A program made the translations under genes and the position numbers. A stretch of 64,000 bases of DNA, from positions 74,362-138,361 of IMG/VR virus record IMGVR_UViG_3300028888_000061; one strand, 5' to 3'. The first letter of the stretch is position 1, and the number at the start of each line of letters is the position of its first letter. The DNA is from a virus. Its lineage: Duplodnaviria; Caudoviricetes. The notes under the pieces are model-generated. The model was not told where the DNA came from and did not search any database. It was given only the letters and a program-made list of their open reading frames with translations. This document shows, in pieces, positions 50,702 to 60,286 of the stretch.

Positions 50702-51004
50702 ATGAACGATATAACTATCATTACCGGTAACAATCCTTTTATTGTTACTGTCATTGCAAGTCTTCTTGGTGCTTTTCTTGCTCTTTGCTTGTTTGGTGTT
50801 TTGCGTGTTATGGTTAAAAAACTTATTGCTGCAAAAGCACAGTCTGGTAAAAGTGAAGAGGCGAAACCTTCTGACGATTCTGGTGATGTTGCTGACAAGC
50901 AGGAAGCTGCGTCTGAGGACGAATCAAAGACTGCTGATAACGAAGCCGCTACTCCTGACGCTTCCGAAAAAGCAGATGACAAAGAAAGCAGCGCACAGAA
51001 CTAA
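50702..51004 (+). CDS. single-TM membrane protein with acidic tail
   Basis: GGAGG SD; hydrophobic aa ~12-38. Confidence 0.65.
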   Translation: MNDITIITGNNPFIVTVIASLLGAFLALCLFGVLRVMVKKLIAAKAQSGKSEEAKPSDDSGDVADKQEAASEDESKTADNEAATPDASEKADDKESSAQN

Positions 51005-51045
51005 GTCTCTTCTTATCCCTCAAATTTTAAACAGTGGTGACATCC

Positions 51046-51672
51046 ATGACAAGACATAAACGTAAAGTACGATGTGAGGCGTCAGACATCTACCAGGAAT
51101 TTGATGACCATCCGATGCTCCAGAGCATTTGTGATACGGTACTCAGCATACCTTCTTTGGTTCCGTTTAGTGTTGACCTCAATCTGTACCTTTATTCAGA
51201 AGAGCCTTTAACTTACGTTATTGACCTTGTCATGGCTGACACTGGATTTCATTTGTTCTCATTGTCCGTTGTTTTCCGTTTTGAAAATACGGTGCATGTC
51301 TTTGATGCAGACATTCTCTATTCATGTGATGATGTTCCATGTTATGAGGATGCTTTTATTGCGTCATGCGACAATATTTCCGATGCAACTTCTGTTGAGA
51401 TGTTCCTTGAGAGTTTGTCTGGGATTGTTGAGTCTTATATGCAGGAGCTTCTTTGCGATATTCCGTTGTATGTATGTGAGGACATGTGCAGTGCAGGTGT
51501 GACTCAGTGTCCTGCATATATACCGGTTAAAACTGTGCTTGGTCTTGGTCAGTTGGCAGAACACACATTGGATGTTCCTGTTGTTCCTGATAAAACAGAT
51601 AAAAAGATGGCAACTCGGGTCAGGCATCTTTTGACTAAACAGCAGAAGACGTTATCCAATGAATTGAAGTGA
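51046..51672 (+). CDS. acidic protein with basic R-x-E leader
   Basis: MTRHKRKVRCEASD leader. Confidence 0.7.
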   Translation: MTRHKRKVRCEASDIYQEFDDHPMLQSICDTVLSIPSLVPFSVDLNLYLYSEEPLTYVIDLVMADTGFHLFSLSVVFRFENTVHVFDADILYSCDDVPCYEDAFIASCDNISDATSVEMFLESLSGIVESYMQELLCDIPLYVCEDMCSAGVTQCPAYIPVKTVLGLGQLAEHTLDVPVVPDKTDKKMATRVRHLLTKQQKTLSNELK

Positions 51673-51684
51673 TTTTCATGGAGT

Positions 51685-52119
51685 GTGTTTATGCGCAGGC
51701 AACGAACCAGATATGAGCATATTATGAAACATCGATTGTCATTTGGCAGACGGTATGAAGCTGACGGTGAGAGCGATGACGGTGCTTCGACAAAAACGAC
51801 AGGCATGGCTTATCGTTTTTACTCGCTTCTCTATGGTGAGCGAACGTTGGCACAGTGTATGGAATACCCTGATGTGGAAAATAATGTCCATGACTTTGAA
51901 ATCTTTGCAATGAGTCAGTCAGGTGTGAAGGCTGCTCTTAAAGAGACTACTTTTTTAAAAAAGCAGGACTACGCAATTATAAACCGTTTGAGAAGCGGAT
52001 TTCTGGATGTTATTGTCGGGTATGTGATTCCTGAATCGGTTAAATATACGAACACGTGGGAGTATGCCGAAGTGTCCGTTGGTATGGACCAGGATATCAA
52101 GGTTACATGGAGACATTGA
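51685..52119 (+). CDS. protein with basic R-x-E leader
   Basis: MRRQRTRYEHIMKHRLSFGRRYEAD. Confidence 0.7.
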   Translation: MFMRRQRTRYEHIMKHRLSFGRRYEADGESDDGASTKTTGMAYRFYSLLYGERTLAQCMEYPDVENNVHDFEIFAMSQSGVKAALKETTFLKKQDYAIINRLRSGFLDVIVGYVIPESVKYTNTWEYAEVSVGMDQDIKVTWRH

Positions 52120-52203
52120 TGGTGCTGTACCAGTCTCATTCTCCTTATTGTGGTATACTCGTCAAATCTACGGTTTGAACTAAACTTCTAATTTGGGGCA
52201 ACA

Positions 52204-54108
52204 ATGAAAAATTACGGAGACGTTTGTCTTATCAACGGCGGTAAAGTCGAGGCGGTTGACTGCGTTATTGGAGGCAGCCCATGTCAAAACCTGTCTGTGG
52301 CCGGAAACAGAAAGGGTCTTGAAGGGAGCGAGTCACGTCTTTTCCTTGAACAGATGCGTGTGGTCAAAGAAATGCGGCAGGCTACCGGATTTCAGAAACC
52401 ACGTTACATGGTCTGGGAGAACGTTATCGGTTCCCTATCCTGTAACAAAGGAAAGGACTTTCAGTGCGTTTTAAATGAGTGTGTTGAAACTGCGCTCTTG
52501 GGTAAGATAAACCTCAACAAAGGAACGAAAGATGGCGAAGAGAACTTTACAGAAGAAGACAGAGATGGAAGAGAGACGGGAATCCCTGATGTGCCTATGC
52601 CTAAAGACGGAAAGTGGCCAAAATCCGGAATCCTCTACGATGACATGGGAAGATGGAGCATTGCTTGGAGAGTACATGATGCACAATATTGGGGAGTCGC
52701 CCAACGCCGTCGTAGAATCGCGCTTGTCTGCGATTTTGGAGGAATGTCCGCACCAGAAGTACTACTTGAGCAGCAAAGCGTGTCAGGGGATTTTAACCCG
52801 TGCAACACGCAGGGGGAAAGAGTTACCGAAACCTCTGTTGGAAGCTCTGAAGAATCAGATAGAATCTGGGATGCAAGGGGAAATGGAAACGGACAGCTCT
52901 GCGCAACTCTCACAGGAGACCATGACAACCGAATAACGGATTACACGAATGTCGTTGTCCAGAAAGAAGAGCCTTATCTTTTAGAAAGCAATCAGAATCA
53001 TGCTACTGTAACTAATAATGGCGTGTGTTCTACTTTACCGGCATCCATGGGTTTAGGTGGCGGTTATGTTCCGATGGTTACAGAAGAGTCTTATTCAATC
53101 AATGGTGATGCACATGAATCTGGCGTATCGGTTATGAATGAAGTGTCTCATGCTTTGAAGACCACAACAAAAGAATCTGTATTCGTGAAACAGATTTCAG
53201 ATGAAGTTGCATCAGAGCCATCTTATCCGTGTATCTGCATTGGAAATGGTCAGGCTCATGTTACTGAGCATTACACCGAAGAGATTTCACAGACGTTAAA
53301 CTGTATGCACGACCCAATGACTATTCTTGAGCCTTGTGCTTATCAGTTGGTCGGCGTGAACAGTAACAGCATGAAGAGTTCCAATCCGAACAGTGGGTGT
53401 TACGAAACGGAACAGGCAGGTACGATAACTACGAATGGTTGTGTACCGAATAACCAGGGCGGTACTGCCATTATGGAGCCTGTAATACCTCTTGAAGGAA
53501 ATGGGTGCCGTGAATCACATAAAGGTGATGGGTGGAGTACAGAGCAGGTTTCTTATACGTTGAATACTGTAGAGAGGCATGGGGTTGCGTATGGTGAAAC
53601 AGATTCCTCCGCTGAATCTCACCCTGTTGTTGTAGACCGTGCAGCTTTTAACCAAGGTAAGAATGCACAGTTCGACATTAAGATTGAAGAGACGGAAACC
53701 GTACCGTCAATGGTTGCACGTGGACCTCATGCAGTAGCACAGCCTGTTCAGTATCGTGTTCGCCGTTTAACGCCTCTTGAATGTACACGTTTGCAGGGGT
53801 ATCCAGATGGATGGGTCGATATTGGTGATTGGATTGATACGAAAGGTAAGAAGCATAAGGAAGCAGATGCACCTAAGTACAAAGCGTTAGGTAATTCGAT
53901 TGCTCTACCATTCTGGAAATGGCTGTGTAAGAATATTGTAAATGAGTTACAGAAAGATGGTCAGACCACTACAATGGCAAGTCTGTTTGACGGTATCGGT
54001 GGTTTCCCGTTGTGTTGGACAGAAGCGACACAATCAAAAGAAACAGTACTTTGGGTAAGCGAGATTGAAGAATTCCCACTTGCCGTTACACGTCATCATT
54101 TTTCCTAG
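52204..54108 (+). CDS. C5-cytosine DNA methyltransferase, circularly permuted
   Basis: GGSPCQ (IV) near the N-terminus, WENV (VI), QRRRR (VIII), RRLTPLECTRLQG (IX), LGNS (X), then SLFDGIGG (I) and SEIEEF (II) at the C-terminus. Confidence 0.92.
   Translation: MKNYGDVCLINGGKVEAVDCVIGGSPCQNLSVAGNRKGLEGSESRLFLEQMRVVKEMRQATGFQKPRYMVWENVIGSLSCNKGKDFQCVLNECVETALLGKINLNKGTKDGEENFTEEDRDGRETGIPDVPMPKDGKWPKSGILYDDMGRWSIAWRVHDAQYWGVAQRRRRIALVCDFGGMSAPEVLLEQQSVSGDFNPCNTQGERVTETSVGSSEESDRIWDARGNGNGQLCATLTGDHDNRITDYTNVVVQKEEPYLLESNQNHATVTNNGVCSTLPASMGLGGGYVPMVTEESYSINGDAHESGVSVMNEVSHALKTTTKESVFVKQISDEVASEPSYPCICIGNGQAHVTEHYTEEISQTLNCMHDPMTILEPCAYQLVGVNSNSMKSSNPNSGCYETEQAGTITTNGCVPNNQGGTAIMEPVIPLEGNGCRESHKGDGWSTEQVSYTLNTVERHGVAYGETDSSAESHPVVVDRAAFNQGKNAQFDIKIEETETVPSMVARGPHAVAQPVQYRVRRLTPLECTRLQGYPDGWVDIGDWIDTKGKKHKEADAPKYKALGNSIALPFWKWLCKNIVNELQKDGQTTTMASLFDGIGGFPLCWTEATQSKETVLWVSEIEEFPLAVTRHHFS
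52532..52936 (+). CDS. nested alternative-frame ORF resembling the beta polypeptide of two-chain C5 MTases
   Basis: ESRLSAILEECPHQKYYLSSKACQGILTRATRRGKELPKPLLEAL; GGAGAG SD before internal ATGATG near 52676. Confidence 0.55.
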   Translation: MAKRTLQKKTEMEERRESLMCLCLKTESGQNPESSTMTWEDGALLGEYMMHNIGESPNAVVESRLSAILEECPHQKYYLSSKACQGILTRATRRGKELPKPLLEALKNQIESGMQGEMETDSSAQLSQETMTTE

Positions 54109-54117
54109 AGGTGTGTT

Positions 54118-55488
54118 ATGAAAAGAAATCAACCGAGAAGTTCGTATTGCAAGCGGTACGAAAGGAAGATAGACAAGACCAGTTTGTGGGGTCTAAGTAC
54201 AGAGATTCAAAGGTTATTTCCTTGGAAAACGTCTAAAGCGAACAACCGTTTCGATTTAAATGATAAAGTGTCCTTTCGGGTAGTCTCTGAATGTGATATA
54301 GACTTGTTTTATTTGGATGTCAACCGTGTTGAGTTCGTCTCTAAAAATATTAGAACTGGAAGAGAGTTGAAACGTATAACCGTACAGCTCAACGATTACT
54401 CAGTTTCTGATGATTCTATGAAAGCATTACAGTGCATTTATGCAATGCTCAAATCCGGAATGATTCCGGATGAGGACTTTAGTGTGTGCGGATTATTTTA
54501 CCTCCGTCCGGATGGTGTTGTGGTAGAGCATGGTCTTACCGTTCTGTCCAAGAATGAATTGGAGATGTGGTTTAAGCGTGGAGTTCCTGACGACGGTACT
54601 TGGATTCTTGTCACCAATGAAGACCTTTTGAATGAAAATTGGAATCATCCTTATATGTCTGTAACGGATGGTGTTTTCACGTTCAATAGAGGTAATGAAA
54701 AACGCGGTGTTTTACAAAAGAGAACGAGAACAGAAGGTCTTGTTCGTGATGCAGTTGATGCGGAAGGTGTCAAGGCTTTCTGGAAGGAGGCATTCGCACT
54801 TGCTGTGGAAAGTCTTAAAGATAATTATTCTGTCGAAGAGAGCATGGATGGTGTTTACATCACAATGACAGACAAGTTTGGTTATGAACTTAGTTATCAG
54901 GGGTACGTCGTATTTGAAGGTGTTGAAGGCGATGAGTTGATTCTTCACATGGTGTGGCCTGATGATGTGTCTATTTTGCAGGAGGCAAAAGTCTTTTCAG
55001 GTGTGGAGAATGCAGCACCGTTGGATTCAGTAGGCATTGATGATATTTCTAACGCTTCTAAGAAGGAAGCTGTTATGGATGAAATCTCTGAGATTATTGA
55101 CGCCCTCAAGGATGCCAAGAAAGGTGTCGAGGACTATATGTACTCTCAGATTGATATGGACATTGCAGACTCTATGTCTGGTTCAGGTACCGTTGAAGTT
55201 GTTAAAGTTTCGCTTCCTGATGAGGATATCGTTGATTACGACCCTGATTATCACGATGATGAACGTGCTGCGGTTCTTCTTGCCGCAGGTGAAGCCATTG
55301 TTTCGGAAATAGAGTATTACGTTCAAAATTGTGCACGTGATGCGGACAAAATTATTTCCCGGGCACGTGATGAGATTGATGACCTTGAGCAGAGTATTCA
55401 GGACGACTTGACCGAAGCTGAGCAGCTTCTTAAAGAGATTGCTCGTTCTGAACCGTATGAATCAAGAAGGTCTCGCAGACGAAGATAA
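54118..55488 (+). CDS. putative polyprotein cargo with basic leader/linker/tail
   Basis: KRYERK, KRTRTEG, PYESRRSRRRR; very acidic second half. Confidence 0.75.
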   Translation: MKRNQPRSSYCKRYERKIDKTSLWGLSTEIQRLFPWKTSKANNRFDLNDKVSFRVVSECDIDLFYLDVNRVEFVSKNIRTGRELKRITVQLNDYSVSDDSMKALQCIYAMLKSGMIPDEDFSVCGLFYLRPDGVVVEHGLTVLSKNELEMWFKRGVPDDGTWILVTNEDLLNENWNHPYMSVTDGVFTFNRGNEKRGVLQKRTRTEGLVRDAVDAEGVKAFWKEAFALAVESLKDNYSVEESMDGVYITMTDKFGYELSYQGYVVFEGVEGDELILHMVWPDDVSILQEAKVFSGVENAAPLDSVGIDDISNASKKEAVMDEISEIIDALKDAKKGVEDYMYSQIDMDIADSMSGSGTVEVVKVSLPDEDIVDYDPDYHDDERAAVLLAAGEAIVSEIEYYVQNCARDADKIISRARDEIDDLEQSIQDDLTEAEQLLKEIARSEPYESRRSRRRR

Positions 55489-55562
55489 TGGTTCTGTGTT
55501 CAAATCTTATAAGTGGTCTGCATCATCCTGTTTGTTGACCCTGTGGGTTTTAAGGAGTTAGT

Positions 55563-56000
55563 ATGGTTAGAAAATTACGTCGTTTTGAATCCGCTTCTGA
55601 CAGTGTTGTGTACACTGCGAAACTAGCTGATTTTACGTCTGAGGAAGACGATTATCGTCAAGGTGTGATTGGTAGGGGGACAAGTTGGGATATTCCTTTA
55701 AGACTCGAAGCATCTACGCTTGAAGAGCTTTTTCATCGTGTTCAAGAAAAACTTTATATGACAGATAAAGATTACTCGTGGGCTGTTATGGCCGATGAGA
55801 GTTGTTTTTTGGTTTCGTACATGGGTGATACCGATAACGATTTAGCTTCTAAAAGTGAAATAGATGCTTGGAAGCGAGGAAAGGAGCGTCTTTGGTATGT
55901 TCAAGGAAGGATTGCTGTTCAAAAACATTCTAAGTCTTTGGATGTTCCAGAGGAAGAGATGAGGGAGCTTGCCTCATCTGAGCATCTTGACCTTGTGTAA
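55563..56000 (+). CDS. acidic protein with RRFES leader
   Basis: MVRKLRRFESASD; AAGGAG SD. Confidence 0.8.
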   Translation: MVRKLRRFESASDSVVYTAKLADFTSEEDDYRQGVIGRGTSWDIPLRLEASTLEELFHRVQEKLYMTDKDYSWAVMADESCFLVSYMGDTDNDLASKSEIDAWKRGKERLWYVQGRIAVQKHSKSLDVPEEEMRELASSEHLDLV

Positions 56001-56031
56001 GGTATAAAGAAGTTGAAATTGGAGGCTTGAC

Positions 56032-56544
56032 ATGATTAGACGTAACACAAGAAACATTCGCCGGACACGTCTGGAAAAACGTTCTATGCGTAACAATAAC
56101 CGCAACATAGCAATAAACAGACGTTTTGAGTCATCATACAATATGAATGACAGCGAACTCAAGAAATGGGCTGCTGAACATTGCATCGACCGTCTTGATG
56201 AGATGGAAGGCGTTGAAGTCTATATGGACGAGCTTGCAACGGAACTGACCGATAGGGAAAACATGGACGGAACGGTTTTCATGTCCACACAGAAATCATG
56301 GGATTTCATTTCGCAGAACCGTTATGATGCCGGTGACGTTCTTGACGAATGGGTTTCTGAAACAGGTACGTGCAAACCGAACCCGCTTTCTGACCCGGAT
56401 GCTTTTTGCGTTCTTTTGCTTGAGCATTATGTCCGTGAAGTGCTTGATGCTTGTCCGTCTGTTGAATCTTTTGGCTCTGGAAAACAGGAACTCACACGTG
56501 AGATGATTGATGCATTAACGGAAGAGCTTGAACAATTCTGTTAA
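56032..56544 (+). CDS. acidic helical protein with long Arg-rich RRFES leader; DNA-mimic candidate
   Basis: 33-aa basic leader then D/E-rich body; GGAGG SD. Confidence 0.75.
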   Translation: MIRRNTRNIRRTRLEKRSMRNNNRNIAINRRFESSYNMNDSELKKWAAEHCIDRLDEMEGVEVYMDELATELTDRENMDGTVFMSTQKSWDFISQNRYDAGDVLDEWVSETGTCKPNPLSDPDAFCVLLLEHYVREVLDACPSVESFGSGKQELTREMIDALTEELEQFC

Positions 56545-56750
56545 ACAAGAGGGCGTCCATATTATGGACGCCTTCTTTTATTTACCAAAAGCGAACCGCA
56601 AGCCAACGCACTTTAGCGAGTTGGTAGTTGACTTTAGTGTCATGGTGCTGCTTCGACACTTCTACAAAACCTGTGCTATACGTTTTTGTGAAGAGAGGCA
56701 ATGGTTAGGCCACTCTAAGCTAACGGGTTTTGTTTTGGAGGAGTTGAATA

Positions 56751-57167
56751 ATGTCGAATTTGATTATGAAGAAAAGCACTTACGAGACACTTAAAAATGA
56801 CGGGTACACGGATAAGCAGATAAAGGCACTTGCATCAATGGCAACCTTTAACTGTGCGTCGGAATATCATGGTAAAATGGACGCCTATTCATGCAGACCG
56901 TTTCCGTCCGGCAAATGCTGTCTGTGCTTCATCAACCAAGATAAGTACTCTGATGACTGGGAATCCTCCGATGTCAAATATGCTTATGCGAACAAGCGTA
57001 GTTTTAATCAGATACTTGCGGGTGTTCGTCGCAAAGCCTTTAAAGACTGCTGTCCCTATATCCGTTACGAGAAATGGGATAATGACAACCGTTGGTATTT
57101 CGATTATGACATGTTTAAGAACGACATTCCATACACGAAAGAAAACTACGTTGCATTCAACATCTGA
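56751..57167 (+). CDS. hypothetical protein
   Basis: GGAGGAG SD; 138 aa. Confidence 0.7.
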   Translation: MSNLIMKKSTYETLKNDGYTDKQIKALASMATFNCASEYHGKMDAYSCRPFPSGKCCLCFINQDKYSDDWESSDVKYAYANKRSFNQILAGVRRKAFKDCCPYIRYEKWDNDNRWYFDYDMFKNDIPYTKENYVAFNI

Positions 57168-57209
57168 GTAGCCGATTTTTTGTACACGTGATTATGTTCT
57201 GGATGAATC

Positions 57210-57491
57210 ATGTCTAAAATCTCTACTGACAGCACAGCTAAACGTGTTTCGTATGCACGTGACAATCTTGCGTATTCGTTGTTCTATGAGTTTCTGCCGT
57301 TTTATCATACTGTTGTCACTGAGCTTCCGGCGATAATCAAGCTGAAACTTGCACTTAATGACTTTTCTTCTGTGTTTCACGCATGTTCCGTGCTTGTTAA
57401 GGATGTGTCTGATACGAAAATGAGACGTAAGATGACGCAAGACATGCGAAAAGTCATGGTATGGGGAGTGAGTTATGAACCAGAATCCTAA
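57210..57491 (+). CDS. hypothetical protein
   Basis: 93-aa ORF overlapping next gene. Confidence 0.5.
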   Translation: MSKISTDSTAKRVSYARDNLAYSLFYEFLPFYHTVVTELPAIIKLKLALNDFSSVFHACSVLVKDVSDTKMRRKMTQDMRKVMVWGVSYEPES

Positions 57492-58224
57492 ACTGTTTAA
57501 GTCTTGTGCAACATCAGATACGCACGGTTACCGGTTTGATGTACCTCCTTGTGACTTTTTCTGTCATTGTGGCGATTGGTCTCCACTTAACTTCCAGGGT
57601 GACTTGGTTCGTATGCAAAGTTGGTTGGATGCGTTCATCATTGATTTGTGTCATTTGCCGTGTAAGTATGTCGTCATCATTGCAGGGAACCACGATTTTA
57701 TTATGGAGTCTTTGCTCGGTAAGGACATTTTTCGCAATACGCAGTACCGACTTGGATTGACAAGAACCGTTTTTGACAAAGTGGGTGTACCTGTGCAAGA
57801 GTGCAAGGTTCATTATCTCAATAGAGATTCAGTGACTTTGGATGGTGTTACGTTCTGGGGTAGTCCCGTAACGAAACAGATAAATCGTTATGTAAAGCGA
57901 TGGGCTTTTGAAATGAACAATCCGAGTTACGAAATCCCGTCTAATACGGATGTTGTTCTCACACATCAGCCTCCCTCATGTAATGGTCTTGGGAATACAT
58001 ACTGGAAACAGAGTACTCCAAGTAAGCGTTTTGGTTCTGATGCATTGAGGGATGCCGTGTATGGCTCTAATGCAAAACTACTTATGTGTGGACACATCCA
58101 TACAGGTAATCACAAGCTGACTTCGCTGAATAATGAAGCCAAAACACGAGTGTGCAATGTGTCGTTTTTGGATGAGGATTACAAAGTTTCCTACCCGGTT
58201 ACAGAGTTTAACTTGTCTCTGTGA
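57475..58224 (+). CDS. calcineurin-like metallophosphoesterase
   Basis: SDTHG, CGDW, AGNHD, LTHQPP, CGHIH. Confidence 0.92.
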   Translation: MNQNPKLFKSCATSDTHGYRFDVPPCDFFCHCGDWSPLNFQGDLVRMQSWLDAFIIDLCHLPCKYVVIIAGNHDFIMESLLGKDIFRNTQYRLGLTRTVFDKVGVPVQECKVHYLNRDSVTLDGVTFWGSPVTKQINRYVKRWAFEMNNPSYEIPSNTDVVLTHQPPSCNGLGNTYWKQSTPSKRFGSDALRDAVYGSNAKLLMCGHIHTGNHKLTSLNNEAKTRVCNVSFLDEDYKVSYPVTEFNLSL

Positions 58225-59041
58225 GTTTGTTGATGTTTATCACCAACGATTCTCCCCTGTTTCCTTCTTTGCTTCCCATAGAGCATGTACGTATAAGGGT
58301 TCCTTGATTTTCCATCGCCAAGTTTATCAGGTCTGAATCTGTCCTGTCCCAGAGCATGAAACCTTTGCACAGGCTTATGATTTCTTTTGTCCACTCACGA
58401 GCTTCCTGACGGCATTCTGCTGAATATTGTTCCTTGTATGCATGGCCTTTGTATGGTGGGTCGAGAATGATGAAGTCAAATTCATCTGAAAGCTGTACGC
58501 ATTGTGGTTCATTTCTTAGTCGTATGTCACATACGTTTATTCCATCCAACCATCGTTTCGCCATGTTGATATCCGGCGGAACTGTTGGGAGCATATTTCT
58601 CGGAGAGCGTGCGTGATTACCCCATGAGGTTACTGTCACTTTGTCTTCTGCACGTGACAGTATGTCTGTAAAGCATTCATATTGTGCGTCTGTGAATCGT
58701 GTTCTTGTGGTATGGTCAGTCCGAGTCCCTATTTTCTCTTGTGCCTCATGCCATAATGCTACTGTCTGTTCGATTGCGTTAAGTCTTCTGCTGTAAGTTC
58801 CGTCCATGTCGTTTGCTGTGATGCTTAACGTTTCATTCTTGTAAAGCATTATTCTTGACACACTGAATGTACCGGCAAACGCATCGAACACTTTACATCC
58901 TGGTGGTAATAGTGATGCCACGGCTTGTATTTCACGCCACCATTGTTTTGCTTTTGAACCTACTAAAGGGAGAACCGGATGCTGCCAGTTGAAGGTCTTT
59001 TTCTGTGCTTTGCAAAGTTGTTCAAAGTTGTCTGCGTTCAT
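58208..59041 (-). CDS. DNA adenine methyltransferase (D12/Dam-like, divergent)
   Basis: LPLVGSK, FDAFAGT, ANDMD, LDPPY. Confidence 0.8.
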   Translation of the reverse strand: MNADNFEQLCKAQKKTFNWQHPVLPLVGSKAKQWWREIQAVASLLPPGCKVFDAFAGTFSVSRIMLYKNETLSITANDMDGTYSRRLNAIEQTVALWHEAQEKIGTRTDHTTRTRFTDAQYECFTDILSRAEDKVTVTSWGNHARSPRNMLPTVPPDINMAKRWLDGINVCDIRLRNEPQCVQLSDEFDFIILDPPYKGHAYKEQYSAECRQEAREWTKEIISLCKGFMLWDRTDSDLINLAMENQGTLIRTCSMGSKEGNRGESLVININKLTETS

Positions 59042-59138
59042 GGTTATCCTGTGGTGCTGTGCATCAACAATTCTTGCCCTTATGATATAACGGATTTGTC
59101 GGCAATGACGCTGACCAATAACCCAGTGGGGTTTTATC

Positions 59139-59594
59139 ATGTCACATCGTTATGTTTCATTCTGTAATCATTCCGATAACCCTAATCGTTGCTGCAAGCT
59201 GTCCGTGCTTCGTTTCGTCACGTTGACATTGGGTGACGGAAAGATGGTGCGTTGTTACCGGCATGATCAAGAAGATGGCGGGACGGCTTATACGTTTCAG
59301 CCATGTGCAACAGAGACATTTAAAAGCTCTTCTGGAACTGAGTATCGTTGCGGTTATGGACTTTACGTTGTCGATGATGACAACGATTCTTTCTTTTCCA
59401 TTGAGAGCAGAAGTGATGTTCTGCATGAGGTTTTTGATTCTTTCCGTCAAGATGGTATTCCCATCAAGCACGCAACTGTTTGCGATGAGATTATTCCTTG
59501 TAATAGCAGGGGAAACCTTGTGAATAAGAAAATCTATACACTTTCGGCGAGTTTCGAGGTGGATGGTGATTACCAACTCGGACTTGTTCGGTAA
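59139..59594 (+). CDS. hypothetical protein
   Basis: ORF with plausible composition; start probably at MVRCY. Confidence 0.5.
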   Translation: MSHRYVSFCNHSDNPNRCCKLSVLRFVTLTLGDGKMVRCYRHDQEDGGTAYTFQPCATETFKSSSGTEYRCGYGLYVVDDDNDSFFSIESRSDVLHEVFDSFRQDGIPIKHATVCDEIIPCNSRGNLVNKKIYTLSASFEVDGDYQLGLVR

Positions 59595-59660
59595 GTGTAC
59601 GACAATCTAAATAGTGGTGGCCTTGTAGCCGTTGTTTAATTCTTTGTTAGCAGGTGACTT

Positions 59661-60227
59661 ATGATTCGCAAGAAAACAAAATTGAATATTAGCACACGAA
59701 AGTTGACGCTTCGTGAACGTAGTGAGAAAAAGAACTCTTTACGTAAGATTGCACGTCGTAACTTTGTTCGTACTGAATCTCGTAATCGTGTTAAATCCGA
59801 AAAGTTCACCCGTGGATGGGAAGCTCTGATGGATGAATGCATCGATATCGACAATGCTGATATGGCAGATGACTTCTTTGATGAAGTACAGGATACGGCT
59901 CGCAAGCTCGACCTTATTTGCACGGATGGAAAACCTTTCAATGCAAACGATGCAAAACAGGCATGGGACAATGTTGAAAATCATGTGAATGATGAAGTTG
60001 ACAAACTTCTCGAACAGTACGGTGATGACCTTGAGGACGTTCCATGCATTGGTCTGAAATACTTCGGGTATGATGACACGTTGGCCATTGGTATTTACGA
60101 CAGCGGCAACTTTGACCCCGTCTATGGATGGGAGTTCCGTGAAGCTCCTGCGATGGGTCTTGAGAATCGCCGTGTCCGTCGTAACGATGTTAAAACCAAA
60201 GTACGTGGTCGTTACGTAAGACGTTAA
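59661..60227 (+). CDS. acidic protein flanked by basic leader and tail
   Basis: Leader ending RTESRNRVKSEK; tail GLENRRVRR...YVRR. Confidence 0.75.
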   Translation: MIRKKTKLNISTRKLTLRERSEKKNSLRKIARRNFVRTESRNRVKSEKFTRGWEALMDECIDIDNADMADDFFDEVQDTARKLDLICTDGKPFNANDAKQAWDNVENHVNDEVDKLLEQYGDDLEDVPCIGLKYFGYDDTLAIGIYDSGNFDPVYGWEFREAPAMGLENRRVRRNDVKTKVRGRYVRR

Positions 60228-60286
60228 TCGTTATTTTTGTCTCATGGAGTAGCCAATAGACTACTCCTTTTTCTGGAGGTTGTCTT

